Shown here: positions 18,153 to 26,985 of the stretch, one piece after another
Position numbering within the stretch: the first letter of the stretch is position 1
Layout: the number at the start of each line of letters is the position of its first letter
Assembly (NCBI RefSeq): GCF_035285525.1
Contig: NZ_JAYKGW010000058.1
Span: 1 to 32,000, forward strand
Direction: 5' to 3'
DNA length: 32,000 nt
From: Okeania sp.
Lineage (GTDB): Bacteria; Cyanobacteriota; Cyanobacteriia; Cyanobacteriales; Microcoleaceae
Translations under genes and position numbers: made by a program
Notes under the pieces: generated by a model
Database searches by the model: none
Told to the model about the DNA's origin: nothing
Seen by the model: only the letters and a program-made list of their open reading frames with translations

Positions 18153-19373
18153 ATGTCTCCTAGATCCCTTAAAGTAGCACCAAAATATCTGGAAAAGGTT
18201 AAATTTGCTGTTAAACATAATAGTTTTCCTAGTCAAAAAGCTCTAGCTCTTGATTTAGGTATTGCTCGTTCAACTGTCTCTAATTTCCTTAATGGTAAAC
18301 CTGTAGATTTCTTGAATTTTACCGAAATATGTGAGAAATTATGTATTGATTGGCAAGCGATCGCTCAAATACCAGAAAATGAACAAGAGGCAGAAAAAAC
18401 TATTTATATTAAACGGCCACCTATTGAATCTATTGGTGATGAAACTATCTTAAAATCAGGTTCTTTAATTAGAATTCAAGCTCCTCAAAAAATGGGAAAA
18501 ACTTTGCTAATTAATAGAGTTTTAGAACCAGCGAAAAGATATGATTACCAAACAGCATCTATTGATTTATTAGCTACTGATACTGCTAATTTTCAGGATT
18601 TAGATAAATTTTTGCAGTGGTTTTGTCGTGGTGTCAGTCGTGAATTAAAAGTGCCAAGAGAAACTTTGCATAAGTCTTGGGATGAGGGAGATGATAGTAA
18701 GACAAATTGCCACATTTATTTTGAAGAATTTTTATTACCAAAAATAACAGAAGCATTGGTTTTATCTATAGATAATATAGACTTAATTTTTTCACATCCA
18801 ACTGCTCAGGATTTTTTGGGATTATTACGTTCCTGGCATGAAAAAGGTAAACAAAAACTTCTCTGGAAAAAGTTACGGTTAGTAGTAGTTCATTCCACAT
18901 AAGTTTATATTCCTTTAGATATTAATCAATCTCCTTTTAATGTGGGTGATCTAATTGAATTAAAAGAATTTGCTCTGGAGCAAGTACGGCAACTTACTGA
19001 AATTTATAAATTAAATTGGCAAGCTGAAAAAGTGAATGAATTAACTGATTTAGTTGGAGGGCATCCTTTTTTATTAGATAAAGCTCTGTCTTATTTAAAA
19101 AATCATCAAGATTTAAGCTGATCAGAGTTACTAGAAACAGCACCAACTAATGCCGGAATTTATCGGAGTCATCTCCAAGAATTATTGTCAACTTTAAAAC
19201 GTGATTCCGAACTAAAAGGAGCTTTTAAGAAAGTTGTTATAGCTACAGAACCTCTAAATATAGATTCCCTTTTTACTTATAAATTGTATAGTTTAGGATT
19301 AGTAAAATTAGTAGGTAATAATGTTGTTCCTAGATGTGAATTATATCGACAATATTTTAGCGATCGCTTGTAA
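18153..19373 (+). pseudogene. HTH + AAA-like domain (pfam14516-type, STAND-like) NTPase with two in-frame stop codons
   Basis: N-terminal HTH (ALALDLGIARSTVSNFLNGKPV). The AAA-like core follows: YIKRPPIESIGDETILKSGSLIRIQAPQKMGKT (P-loop), LDKFLQWFC, LRSWHEKGK, WKKLRLVVVHST. Then TAA (18900-18902), VYIPLDINQSPFNVG, GGHPFLLDKAL, TGA (19119-19121), TAPTNAGIY, and the family-typical end CELYRQYFSDRL. All parts are in one frame, so there are no frameshifts. Confidence 0.85.
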
Positions 19374-19397
19374 TAACTATTTTAATTTATAATAGTT

Positions 19398-19616
19398 AGG
19401 ACTTACATATTAACGCTATTAGTAGTGCATTATTTCATCTAAAATGGTGTATGGGGTAGGGGCGGGTTTTATCAGAAATTTTCATGCTGACTCTAAGATT
19501 TACATAAACCCGCCCCTGGGACGTTGGCTTACATAATAAGGGGGCGGGTTTAGCTGACTTACTTATGAAAACTCGTTAACTCACTTGTTAAACCCGCCCC
19601 TACGTCTCCTGATTCC
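19398..19616. repeat. Cluster of nested repeats: a GGACTTAC-terminus element plus two long hairpins (AGGGGCGGGTTT-N-AAACCCGCCCCT)
   Basis: GGGGCGGGTTT and AAACCCGCCCC arms are present twice, at about 19457-19515 and 19541-19602. The 5' end GGACTTACATATTAACGCTATTAGTAGT matches 28201-28230. Confidence 0.7.
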
Positions 19617-20094
19617 CTAATGCACATTTTTAGATGAAACGGTAATGACAATTTTCGATTTAATATAATTTGTGAGAAAAAACTGTAGGGGTTTGGTCTC
19701 CTTTCCCCAACTACCAAGGTATATGAAAGGAAGCAATCTTAGGGGTGCGCGGAGATTGCTTCGGGGGTAAGTATATTTTCCCACAAAAGTTACTTGTGCT
19801 AAACACCCCTCGCAATGAAAATTTTCCATTTATTAGTAAATAAAAAAGACTGTGCTTGTCCGCAGCGAGGCGGTAATATTAGACTCAAGTTTAATTAGTA
19901 AGAGTCAACTTAGCCGTAGGCGAAGCCTTCTCTTAGAGTAGCAATCTCTACTCTGTAGATTATCTGGTAGTCTATTTTTTTGCTACTCCCTAAGTATATT
20001 TTTTCACAAAAATTACTGCTATTAAACACCCCTCACAATGAAAATTTTCTATTTAAAACGACATAATCATAATAATTAATTTTCTCCATCCTCC

Positions 20095-20372
20095 ATGAAC
20101 ACAAAGTCAAACCAAAATCACCAATATCAAGTAGGAGGAAGTTTACCTCTTGATGCTCCTAGTTATGTCAAACGACAAGCAGATTAAAATCTTTATCATG
20201 CCCTCAAATTAGGATAGTTTTGTTATGTGTTGAACTGCCGACAAATGGGAAAATATAGTTTAATGTTACGGACTAAGGCGAGATTAGAAAAAGAAGGGTT
20301 TGCCTGTGCTGCAATTGATTTAACTAATGTGGGTATTCAAGAAATTAATGCCAAGCAATTGTATCGGGGTAT
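20095..20372 (+). pseudogene. N-terminal fragment of a second AAA-like (pfam14516-type) gene, with in-frame TAA and TAG, truncated at the IS boundary
   Basis: [81 protein letters not shown]. The YQVGGSLP...YV.R and RQMGK P-loop pattern is typical of this family. Similarity stops at the IS end (20373). Confidence 0.75.
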
Positions 20373-21518
20373 TAGACCTCTCCAAAATAGAAATTAAGGT
20401 AAAATTATAGTGGCAAATTATATATATGCTGTCCCAAAATGAATAATGTATTAGAATATATTTATAATCATCCACTCATAAACAAAAAGGATTATTGGTA
20501 TTACAGATAAACAACTCATAAAATTAATAGAAAATGCTCAAAAAGTTGAAGAAAAAAAAGACAGGCGATCGCCAGTGAAGAAAAAAGATTAATCAAGGCA
20601 GGAGGAGGAAGAAAAAAGTCTTTAGGCAAGGCAGAAGAGATAATGTTGACATTATATTATTTGCATCATGTACCAACCCGATCAACTACTAGGAGCAATC
20701 TAAGCGAGTTAGTGAATCAACAGCAAATAATATTTTTCGCGCTTTGGCTCGATATTTTGAGGGAATTATTACCACCCTTGTTTACTAGAGGAATTCTCGG
20801 GAAAAGAAAACGAATATTTATGGATAAAAGAAGCTTTGACAGAAATAGAATTGATAGTTGATAGTACTTCGTGCCGTATATATTCAGGCCAAAAAATGAT
20901 GAAAAACAGAAAAAATATTACTTAGGAAAGCCAAAAAGTCATGACTGTAAAAATCAAATAGTAATCACTAGCTTTGGGAGAAGAAATAGTTGATGTAATA
21001 GTAGGAGAAAAAGGTCCAGAGAGTGATATAAATTCCCAAGCAAAAACCACAAAAAAAGTTTAATAAAGAACAAAGATTTCCAGGAGATAAAGGTTATCAA
21101 GGTGGGGAAAGAATTGACACGCCAAAGAAAAAAAAGAAACCAGAAAATCTCAGAAAAAGTCAAGAAAGAGAATCAAAAAAAAGCTCAAAAAAGAATATTT
21201 GTAGAACATGTAATAAGACTGATAAAAATATGCGCGAGTAGCACGAGAAAGATTCAGATTAAAAGAGAGTAACCCGTGAAAAAGTAATTTTAACAATATG
21301 TGGTTTAGTGAGATTAAGAATGGGAACAATAATGTTAAGATAAATCATAAATTTAGGTCTAGTAAAAAGCAATAAATAATTACATAAAAATGGTAAATAA
21401 TTAACAATAACTATATGTAATACTATAAATCTCATAAAAAATGACTATCTGGAGGAGCTGGCGATCGCTCTCTCAAAGATAGTTACAGTAAGTGCTTGAT
21501 AATTTTTGGAGATGTCTA
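20373..21518 (+). mobile_element. Degenerate IS element (DDE_Tnp_4 / Harbinger-like, IS5-type transposase remnants)
   Basis: Imperfect terminal inverted repeats TAGACCTCTCCAAAA (20373-) and TAGACATCTCCAAAAA (reverse complement ending at 21518). The interior translates, across several frames and many stops, to LTLYYLHHVPT, WLDILRELLPP, IELIVDSTSC, EEIVDVIVGEKGPESDI, KRIFVEHVIRLIKI, VARERFRLKESN and LTICGLVRLR. Confidence 0.75.
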
Positions 21519-21781
21519 TTTTAGTTAGGTCATATTCTGGTTTCATACTTTTATAGCGCGTAGGGCTAGGGAATAGGGAAGAGGGAACAATAGAATATCA
21601 GTCTGATTTGCAATCGGTAGAGGGCGAATGCCATTCGCCCCTACAGATGCTGTATATTTTCTTACGTTGCGTAAGTCCCGATGAATAACGAGGGAGGAAT
21701 CAACCGACCCCTAACCCCTCCCAGGAGGGGAAAAGAAGGAGCAGTTTTTTTTTGCTCACTAGACATCTTCAAAAATAAAAC

Positions 21782-21870
21782 AGGACTTACGCAGATACTG
21801 TATATATAGCGTCTAAAACTATTGTACAATAGTTTTTGAAATCTATATATAGTACCTTTGCGTAAATCCT
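21782..21870. mobile_element. MITE-like element (AGGACTTACGCA...TGCGTAAATCCT) with a palindromic AT-rich interior
   Basis: Termini read directly. A half terminus also lies at about 21667-21679. Confidence 0.6.
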
Positions 21871-21972
21871 GTAAAAAATAGAATCAATTCTTATCCATAA
21901 ATCATCAATCACTCCCCTCCTGGGAGGGGTTGGGGGTGGGTTCCCTATTCCCTGTTCCCTATTCCCTCTTTT

Positions 21973-23013
21973 CTAAAGAATCCACTTAACTGCGTTCAAC
22001 ACTCCCTGTTTGACTGGAGAGCGATGAGGACTGCCACCACTAGAACTCAATACATTTTCTCGATTAGCCAAATACCACTCATAGCTCTGAATCAACATTT
22101 CGCTGTTAGAATATTGTGGCTGCCAACCCAGTTCTGTAGTAGCTTTGGAAATATCAAAATACATCTCTCCACCGTATAACATGGCGTGATATATTCCCAA
22201 AGGAGAAACCCCTAGAGCGCTAGTAGCTTTCATTGCCCAAATTGTCGGTTTGGCTGGTAGTCCTTTAACTATAGAACCAGTTTTGGCGTGCTGACAAAGT
22301 GCTTCTAGGAGCGCCCGCATTGTGCCAAATCTGTCTGTACCACAGTTATAAAGTTCAGAACCGGGGCGACTTGCTGCTAAAATGCACGCTTCAGCAAGAT
22401 CGTCAGAATGAACAAACTGATAGCGATTGTCACCTTTTCCCAAAACTGGTACATTATAGCCTTGGCGAATCCACTCGAACAGAATTTGAAAAATTCCTAA
22501 CCTACCATGGCCTAACATTGTGCGGGGACGGATTATGGAAACATCTAACCCCTGCTGAATATAACTTTTGCAGAGATGCTCACCTTCTAGTTTAGCTTTA
22601 CCGTAAGCTTCTAGTGGCTTAGGGATGTCAGCTTCTGTGACAGGATTTTTCTTGGGTATGCCAAAAATTGAGCTAGATGAAGTATAAACGACTTTTTTAA
22701 CACTATTTGCCAGGGCTGCTGCTAACACATTTTCTGTTCCTTGAATATTTACAGAATTGAATAATTCTTTATTTTTAGCCAGTGGAACTTGGGCAACGCT
22801 GTGGTAAACTACATCTACATTTTGGCAGGCAGCTTTGACGGCTTCAGCATCTCGAATATCACATTGGAATAGCTTAACATTGGCGGGGCGATCGGGTGCA
22901 TCAATTATATCTAGGATACTGCAAGATATCCCTTTCTCCAGCAGCTTTTTTACTAAAAGCGAGCCAAAATATCCAGAGCCACCAGTTACTAAAGCAGAAG
23001 ACATAACATTCAT
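21973..23013 (-). CDS. NAD-dependent epimerase/dehydratase (extended SDR)
   Basis: 346-aa ORF with the Rossmann motif VTGGSGYFG and the catalytic YGKAK (YxxxK). Length and architecture fit the extended-SDR sugar epimerase/reductase class. Confidence 0.85.
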   Translation of the reverse strand: MNVMSSALVTGGSGYFGSLLVKKLLEKGISCSILDIIDAPDRPANVKLFQCDIRDAEAVKAACQNVDVVYHSVAQVPLAKNKELFNSVNIQGTENVLAAALANSVKKVVYTSSSSIFGIPKKNPVTEADIPKPLEAYGKAKLEGEHLCKSYIQQGLDVSIIRPRTMLGHGRLGIFQILFEWIRQGYNVPVLGKGDNRYQFVHSDDLAEACILAASRPGSELYNCGTDRFGTMRALLEALCQHAKTGSIVKGLPAKPTIWAMKATSALGVSPLGIYHAMLYGGEMYFDISKATTELGWQPQYSNSEMLIQSYEWYLANRENVLSSSGGSPHRSPVKQGVLNAVKWIL

Positions 23014-23034
23014 AATTTTTTACCTCAATTAAAT

Positions 23035-23140
23035 TAGGGAACAGGGAACAAGCAATAGGGAACAGGCAATATGTAACAGGGAACAGGGAATAGGCAATAG
23101 GCAATATGTAACAGGGAACAGGGAATAGGCAATAGGTAAC
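23035..23140. repeat. Degenerate octamer/heptamer arrays (GGGAACAG / GCAATAG)
   Basis: Read directly. These arrays generate the spurious ORFs 22901-23104 and 23034-23219. Confidence 0.85.
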
Positions 23141-23205
23141 AGTTTACTGTAGGGGTTTGGTCTCCAAACCCCTTGGCGCTTTGGTTGGGAAACCAAACCC
23201 CCACA

Positions 23206-23315
23206 ATAAAATCTGACAACCTATTTAGGATTGCGATAATTAGAGATATAGCAGTTTTCAGTAGGCCCTACCATAAAATCTGACAACCTATTTCAGATTG
23301 CTATAATTAGAGATA
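23206..23315. repeat. Two 43-bp direct repeats (23206-23248 and 23273-23315), each containing a 7-bp-stem hairpin
   Basis: ATAAAATCTGACAACCTATTT(A/C)(G/A)GATTGC(G/T)ATAATTAGAGATA, with 3 mismatches between the copies. They lie between the two SDR genes. Confidence 0.85.
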
Positions 23316-23341
23316 GTTTTCATTATCAATTATCAATTACA

Positions 23342-23427
23342 CGACTTACGAAAGCCACTATATATAGTCTTGGTGCGTTACGAAGTGCGCTAACGCACCC
23401 TACCAATAGCGTTTATGGGTAAGTCCT
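23342..23427. mobile_element. MITE-like element (CGACTTACGAA...GGGTAAGTCCT) carrying a nested hairpin repeat
   Basis: The internal CTTGGTGCGTTACGAAGTGCGCTAACGCACCCTAC is a paralogue of 131-164. Confidence 0.55.
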
Positions 23428-23447
23428 AAATTATTAATTATTAATTA

Positions 23448-24500
23448 TTAATTATTAAACATCCATGTCAAACTACGACGCATTCCTTCTTCTAAGTCAA
23501 TCATGGGTTGATAACTTAGCTCTCGTTGCGCTTTGACGATTGAGCAAGCAATGGTTTTGTTCATCTCGGAAAGTACATGAATTTTCTGGTGATAAACCCC
23601 TATTGCTTGCAGACTTCTGTCTACCAGCAAGGCTAGTTCGCTGACGAAACTAGGTAGCTTCAGGCGCGTGTGGCGACAGATTTGATGAAATTCTGTTTCT
23701 AAGAGATTTTCAACTGTGTCAACCACTTCATTCATGGTGTAAGGCCGTTCATCTGCAATCCAATAAGTTTCTCCCTTAGCTCTGGGAGTAATCCCTGCTA
23801 AAATCAGCCCTTGACAGAGATTTTCAGTATAAGCCATCGAGCGCAAATTGTTACCATCACCAACTATTGGGCATTTGCCGGTTCTAATCATTTCAAAAAA
23901 TAGTGTTTGCCGTGGTGGCTGATGGGGACCATAAAACCAAGGGGCACGGATAATAACGGTTTCTAGTTTGCCAGCATCAAAGAAAGTCTTAATAGCTAAC
24001 TCCATCTGCATTTTGGATTTTCCATACCCCATGTATGGGTTATAGGGAGAACTTTCATCAAACCGATGATCGGAATGAGGATTGCAACCACAAGGAGAGT
24101 TAGAAGACATGACGACTGCTCGTTTAACCGAGGCACTATGGGCGGCTGCCAGAAGATTCTCAGTTCCCCTAACGTTCACCTGATTAAAGTCATCAATTTT
24201 TTGGGGATGGATTATTCCTGCTGTATGAAACAAAATAGCCCCTTTCGCACCCTGACAAAAGCGATCGCAATCTTCTGGATTACGCAAGTCTCCCGATACT
24301 ACTTCTATTTTTTTTGAAAGTGCTTTTAGAGGTTTCTCATCAGTACCTGGTAACACAAAACAGCGAATCGTGAGGTCTGGTTGTGGATTTTTCAGGGCTT
24401 CACAGTCGGGCAATCCGGCAACCAGTGCCTTAACCAGACTATATCCTAACCAGCCATTAGCTCCGGTTACTAAAACTAAAGGTGTATCAAAATTCATCAT
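23448..24500 (-). CDS. NAD-dependent epimerase/dehydratase (extended SDR), second copy
   Basis: 350-aa ORF with VTGANGWLG and the catalytic YGKSK. Its ATG lies 1 nt after the stop codon of the upstream GMC gene, which suggests translational coupling. Confidence 0.85.
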   Translation of the reverse strand: MMNFDTPLVLVTGANGWLGYSLVKALVAGLPDCEALKNPQPDLTIRCFVLPGTDEKPLKALSKKIEVVSGDLRNPEDCDRFCQGAKGAILFHTAGIIHPQKIDDFNQVNVRGTENLLAAAHSASVKRAVVMSSNSPCGCNPHSDHRFDESSPYNPYMGYGKSKMQMELAIKTFFDAGKLETVIIRAPWFYGPHQPPRQTLFFEMIRTGKCPIVGDGNNLRSMAYTENLCQGLILAGITPRAKGETYWIADERPYTMNEVVDTVENLLETEFHQICRHTRLKLPSFVSELALLVDRSLQAIGVYHQKIHVLSEMNKTIACSIVKAQRELSYQPMIDLEEGMRRSLTWMFNN

Positions 24501-24501
24501 T

Positions 24502-25977
24502 CTAGCTCTCTTCTAAAAAATGTAAAGCATTTCGTCGGGCAATAGCCATCACAGAACCTTGAGGATTTACTCCCAGAGCAGTACAGAGCAAACTGGCATC
24601 AGCAACATACAGATTTTCCTGTCGATGAACTTTACCAAAAGAGTTGGTTGCACATAACTCTAAGTTTTCTCCCATAGGGCAAGATGAAAACAAGTGAACT
24701 GTCATCAGACTGGTATCTGAGGGAAGTTGTTCGGGTAACTGCTCTATGTCAGCTAGTGTAGTTAATCTGGTTGCTTTTGGTAGCAGTGGAAATATGGCTT
24801 TAGCTTTGGCAGCTATTAATAACCGACATAGATTTTTCAAGCCACTAGCTAATACCTGCAAATCATCAGAGGGCAGATTGTAACGCACCAAGGGATCGTC
24901 AAAGCCTGGCAAACAACGAACAGTACCTCTACCTGTTCCCTTTAGGGCAGCATAGTAAATGTTCATATTTTGCCAGTACTGATCGACTTCATGGGTGTAT
25001 TCAGGATAATCCAACATGGCTAGTTGTAGGTAGGGGAGCGAACTGATAGAACCTCCAAAACTTAGCTTTGGTGCAAACTCTTTAACCTGATGCACAGCTA
25101 CATCCAATTGTTCAGAGCTAACGGGTTCTGAAAATTGAGCAACAACTTTGACGGTGGGGTGCATCTGTAGGGCGTTACCTATATTGCGAGTGATGCCACT
25201 ACGACGTAGCAATGCTGGTGTTTGTACTGCTCCAGCAGCGATAAAAACTGTTTTGGCAGTTATCTTAATTTGGTATGGGGAGGAACTATTGGTATAAAGT
25301 CCTTGGAGAATCCAGCGATCACCGAGACGACGGAGCTTTTTTATTTTAGTGTTGGCGAGAATTTTACCCCCTGTGCGCAGCATTTCGGGAACATAAGTTT
25401 TCGTCATAGATTGCTTAGTTCCCTTGAAAGCAACACTAGGGTCGTTATTTGGTTCGTACTTAAACCAACGGGGTACTTCCTGGGAGTCCCAACCAAGCTG
25501 AGTTGCACCTTCCTGCAATTTGAGAGATGCGAGGGAAGGTTTATCGGGTAGATAACTAACACTAACGGCATTTTCGCAGGCTTCATAGTGGGGAGCAAGT
25601 TCTGCTTCTGTCAGCTTTTGCACCTGAAATTTTTCTTGCCAGTGAGCTAAGACATCGGAAGGAATGCGGTGATAAAGCCCGCTATTGACTTCGCTGCCAC
25701 CACCGACACATCTGCCCTCAACATACTGAATTTTGGGACTGCCAAACGCAACAGTAAGACCGCGATTCCGATATTTTTGCACCATCTCTTCCTGAGAAAA
25801 GGGGGTACATGATTCCAAAGGCAAATAAGGACCTTCTTCAATCAGTAAAACGTCGAGTCCAGCTTTGCTAAGAGTTGCAGCCGTAACCGCTCCCCCAGGG
25901 CCTGAACCAACAATAGCAACTTCGCAGTTGAGAGCAGTATCTGGCTCAGTGAGAATGTTTTGTTCGCATACTGTCAT
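24502..25977 (-). CDS. GMC-family FAD-dependent oxidoreductase
   Basis: 491-aa ORF with the N-terminal FAD fold VAIVGSGPGGAVTAATLSKAGLDVLLIEEG. The C-terminal GMC-type segment is LYVADASLLCTALGVNPQGSVMAIARRNA. Confidence 0.88.
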   Translation of the reverse strand: MTVCEQNILTEPDTALNCEVAIVGSGPGGAVTAATLSKAGLDVLLIEEGPYLPLESCTPFSQEEMVQKYRNRGLTVAFGSPKIQYVEGRCVGGGSEVNSGLYHRIPSDVLAHWQEKFQVQKLTEAELAPHYEACENAVSVSYLPDKPSLASLKLQEGATQLGWDSQEVPRWFKYEPNNDPSVAFKGTKQSMTKTYVPEMLRTGGKILANTKIKKLRRLGDRWILQGLYTNSSSPYQIKITAKTVFIAAGAVQTPALLRRSGITRNIGNALQMHPTVKVVAQFSEPVSSEQLDVAVHQVKEFAPKLSFGGSISSLPYLQLAMLDYPEYTHEVDQYWQNMNIYYAALKGTGRGTVRCLPGFDDPLVRYNLPSDDLQVLASGLKNLCRLLIAAKAKAIFPLLPKATRLTTLADIEQLPEQLPSDTSLMTVHLFSSCPMGENLELCATNSFGKVHRQENLYVADASLLCTALGVNPQGSVMAIARRNALHFLEES

Positions 25978-25989
25978 GTCAATTTTTCC

Positions 25990-26290
25990 TGGCTCACTTT
26001 AATAATTAATAATTAATAATTAATAATTAATAATTGATAATTAGGGTTTACTGATTAAATTTCCAACCAATAATAAATTCTGAATTATCTAATCTAATAG
26101 ATATCTCCAGAAATCAAAAATTCCATCAATTATCCTACATAAATTATCAATTTAATAATTAATAATTGATAATTAGGTCTTACTGATTAAATTTCCAATC
26201 AATAATAAATTCTGAATTATTTAATAGATATCTCCAGAAATCAAAAACTCCATCAATTATCCTACATAAATTATCAATTATTTCTTCCTA
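25990..26290. repeat. AATTAAT heptamer array followed by two ~125-132-bp tandem units
   Basis: Units at about 26028-26152 and 26153-26280 are near-identical, apart from a 7-nt indel. Each contains AATAGATATCTCCAGAAAT, which resembles the terminal inverted repeat of the IS at 20373-21518. The inverse partner TTCTGGAGATA lies at about 26409-26419. Confidence 0.8.
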
Positions 26291-26451
26291 TTGCCTATTG
26301 CTGATTAGACATCTCTAAAAATTAAAAATATAATCAATTATTATCCATAAATCATCAATTACTCCCCCCCGTTCCCTGTTCCCTGTTCGTTGTTCCCTGT
26401 TCCCTATTTTCTGGAGATACCTATTGCCTATTCCCTCTTGTATAGAAATAT

Positions 26452-26799
26452 CTAATTATTAATTATTTGATAATAACTAAATATGGTTAAGCTTTCGTAA
26501 AATCTTATCAAGTCACGACAAACTCTCAGAGGTGACATTTTCCAAGTTGCTATCTGATTAACTCGAATAGTCGGTGGAAGTTGATGAAACCTTTTGCCTC
26601 GTCTGATGATTGAGCAAAAATCAAAAATAGCCGTGAGGATAAACAGGGGTAGTTTTAGATAGTCAGGCATATTTCTATATTGTGAGCTGACAAACTCAAC
26701 AACTTGATTATTAGGGAAGTGTAACAGAGGCTGATGTTTCTCTGAGTGTTTATTAATAAATGTATAACAAAGTGCAGATATAGTTGGTTCAAAATTCAT
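26452..26799 (-). CDS. Small hypothetical membrane-associated protein (115 aa)
   Basis: Clean ORF between the UbiA and GMC genes on the same strand, with one hydrophobic segment (LKLPLFILTAIFDFCSII). No motif recognised. Confidence 0.6.
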   Translation of the reverse strand: MNFEPTISALCYTFINKHSEKHQPLLHFPNNQVVEFVSSQYRNMPDYLKLPLFILTAIFDFCSIIRRGKRFHQLPPTIRVNQIATWKMSPLRVCRDLIRFYESLTIFSYYQIINN

Positions 26800-26985
26800 T
26801 GTTAAATTAATTTTTATAGAAACATTCTGATGAATTGAGAAAATTGAATTAAATTAACTAAATAATACCATGTCCGGTAGCATCGTTTGTGTATAAAACT
26901 AAGATGACAATGGGAGAAAACCTTCTGCCTCCTGCTTTCTTCCTTCTGCCTTCCTTCCAGCAAAGTCTAATTATTCAACCGCAGA

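Noticed and set aside
22901-23219. ORFs 22901-23104, 22835-23032 and 23034-23219
   Set aside because: They span octamer/heptamer arrays and hairpin repeats or overlap the start of the SDR gene. Their composition (CLFP, VPY repeats) is repeat-derived.
25990-26290. Possible CRISPR array (tandem repeats with intervening sequence). The same question applies to 23206-23315 and 1298-1521.
   Set aside because: There are only two copies in each case. The units are 43-132 bp and AT-rich, without a uniform repeat-spacer architecture, and no cas genes are in the window.
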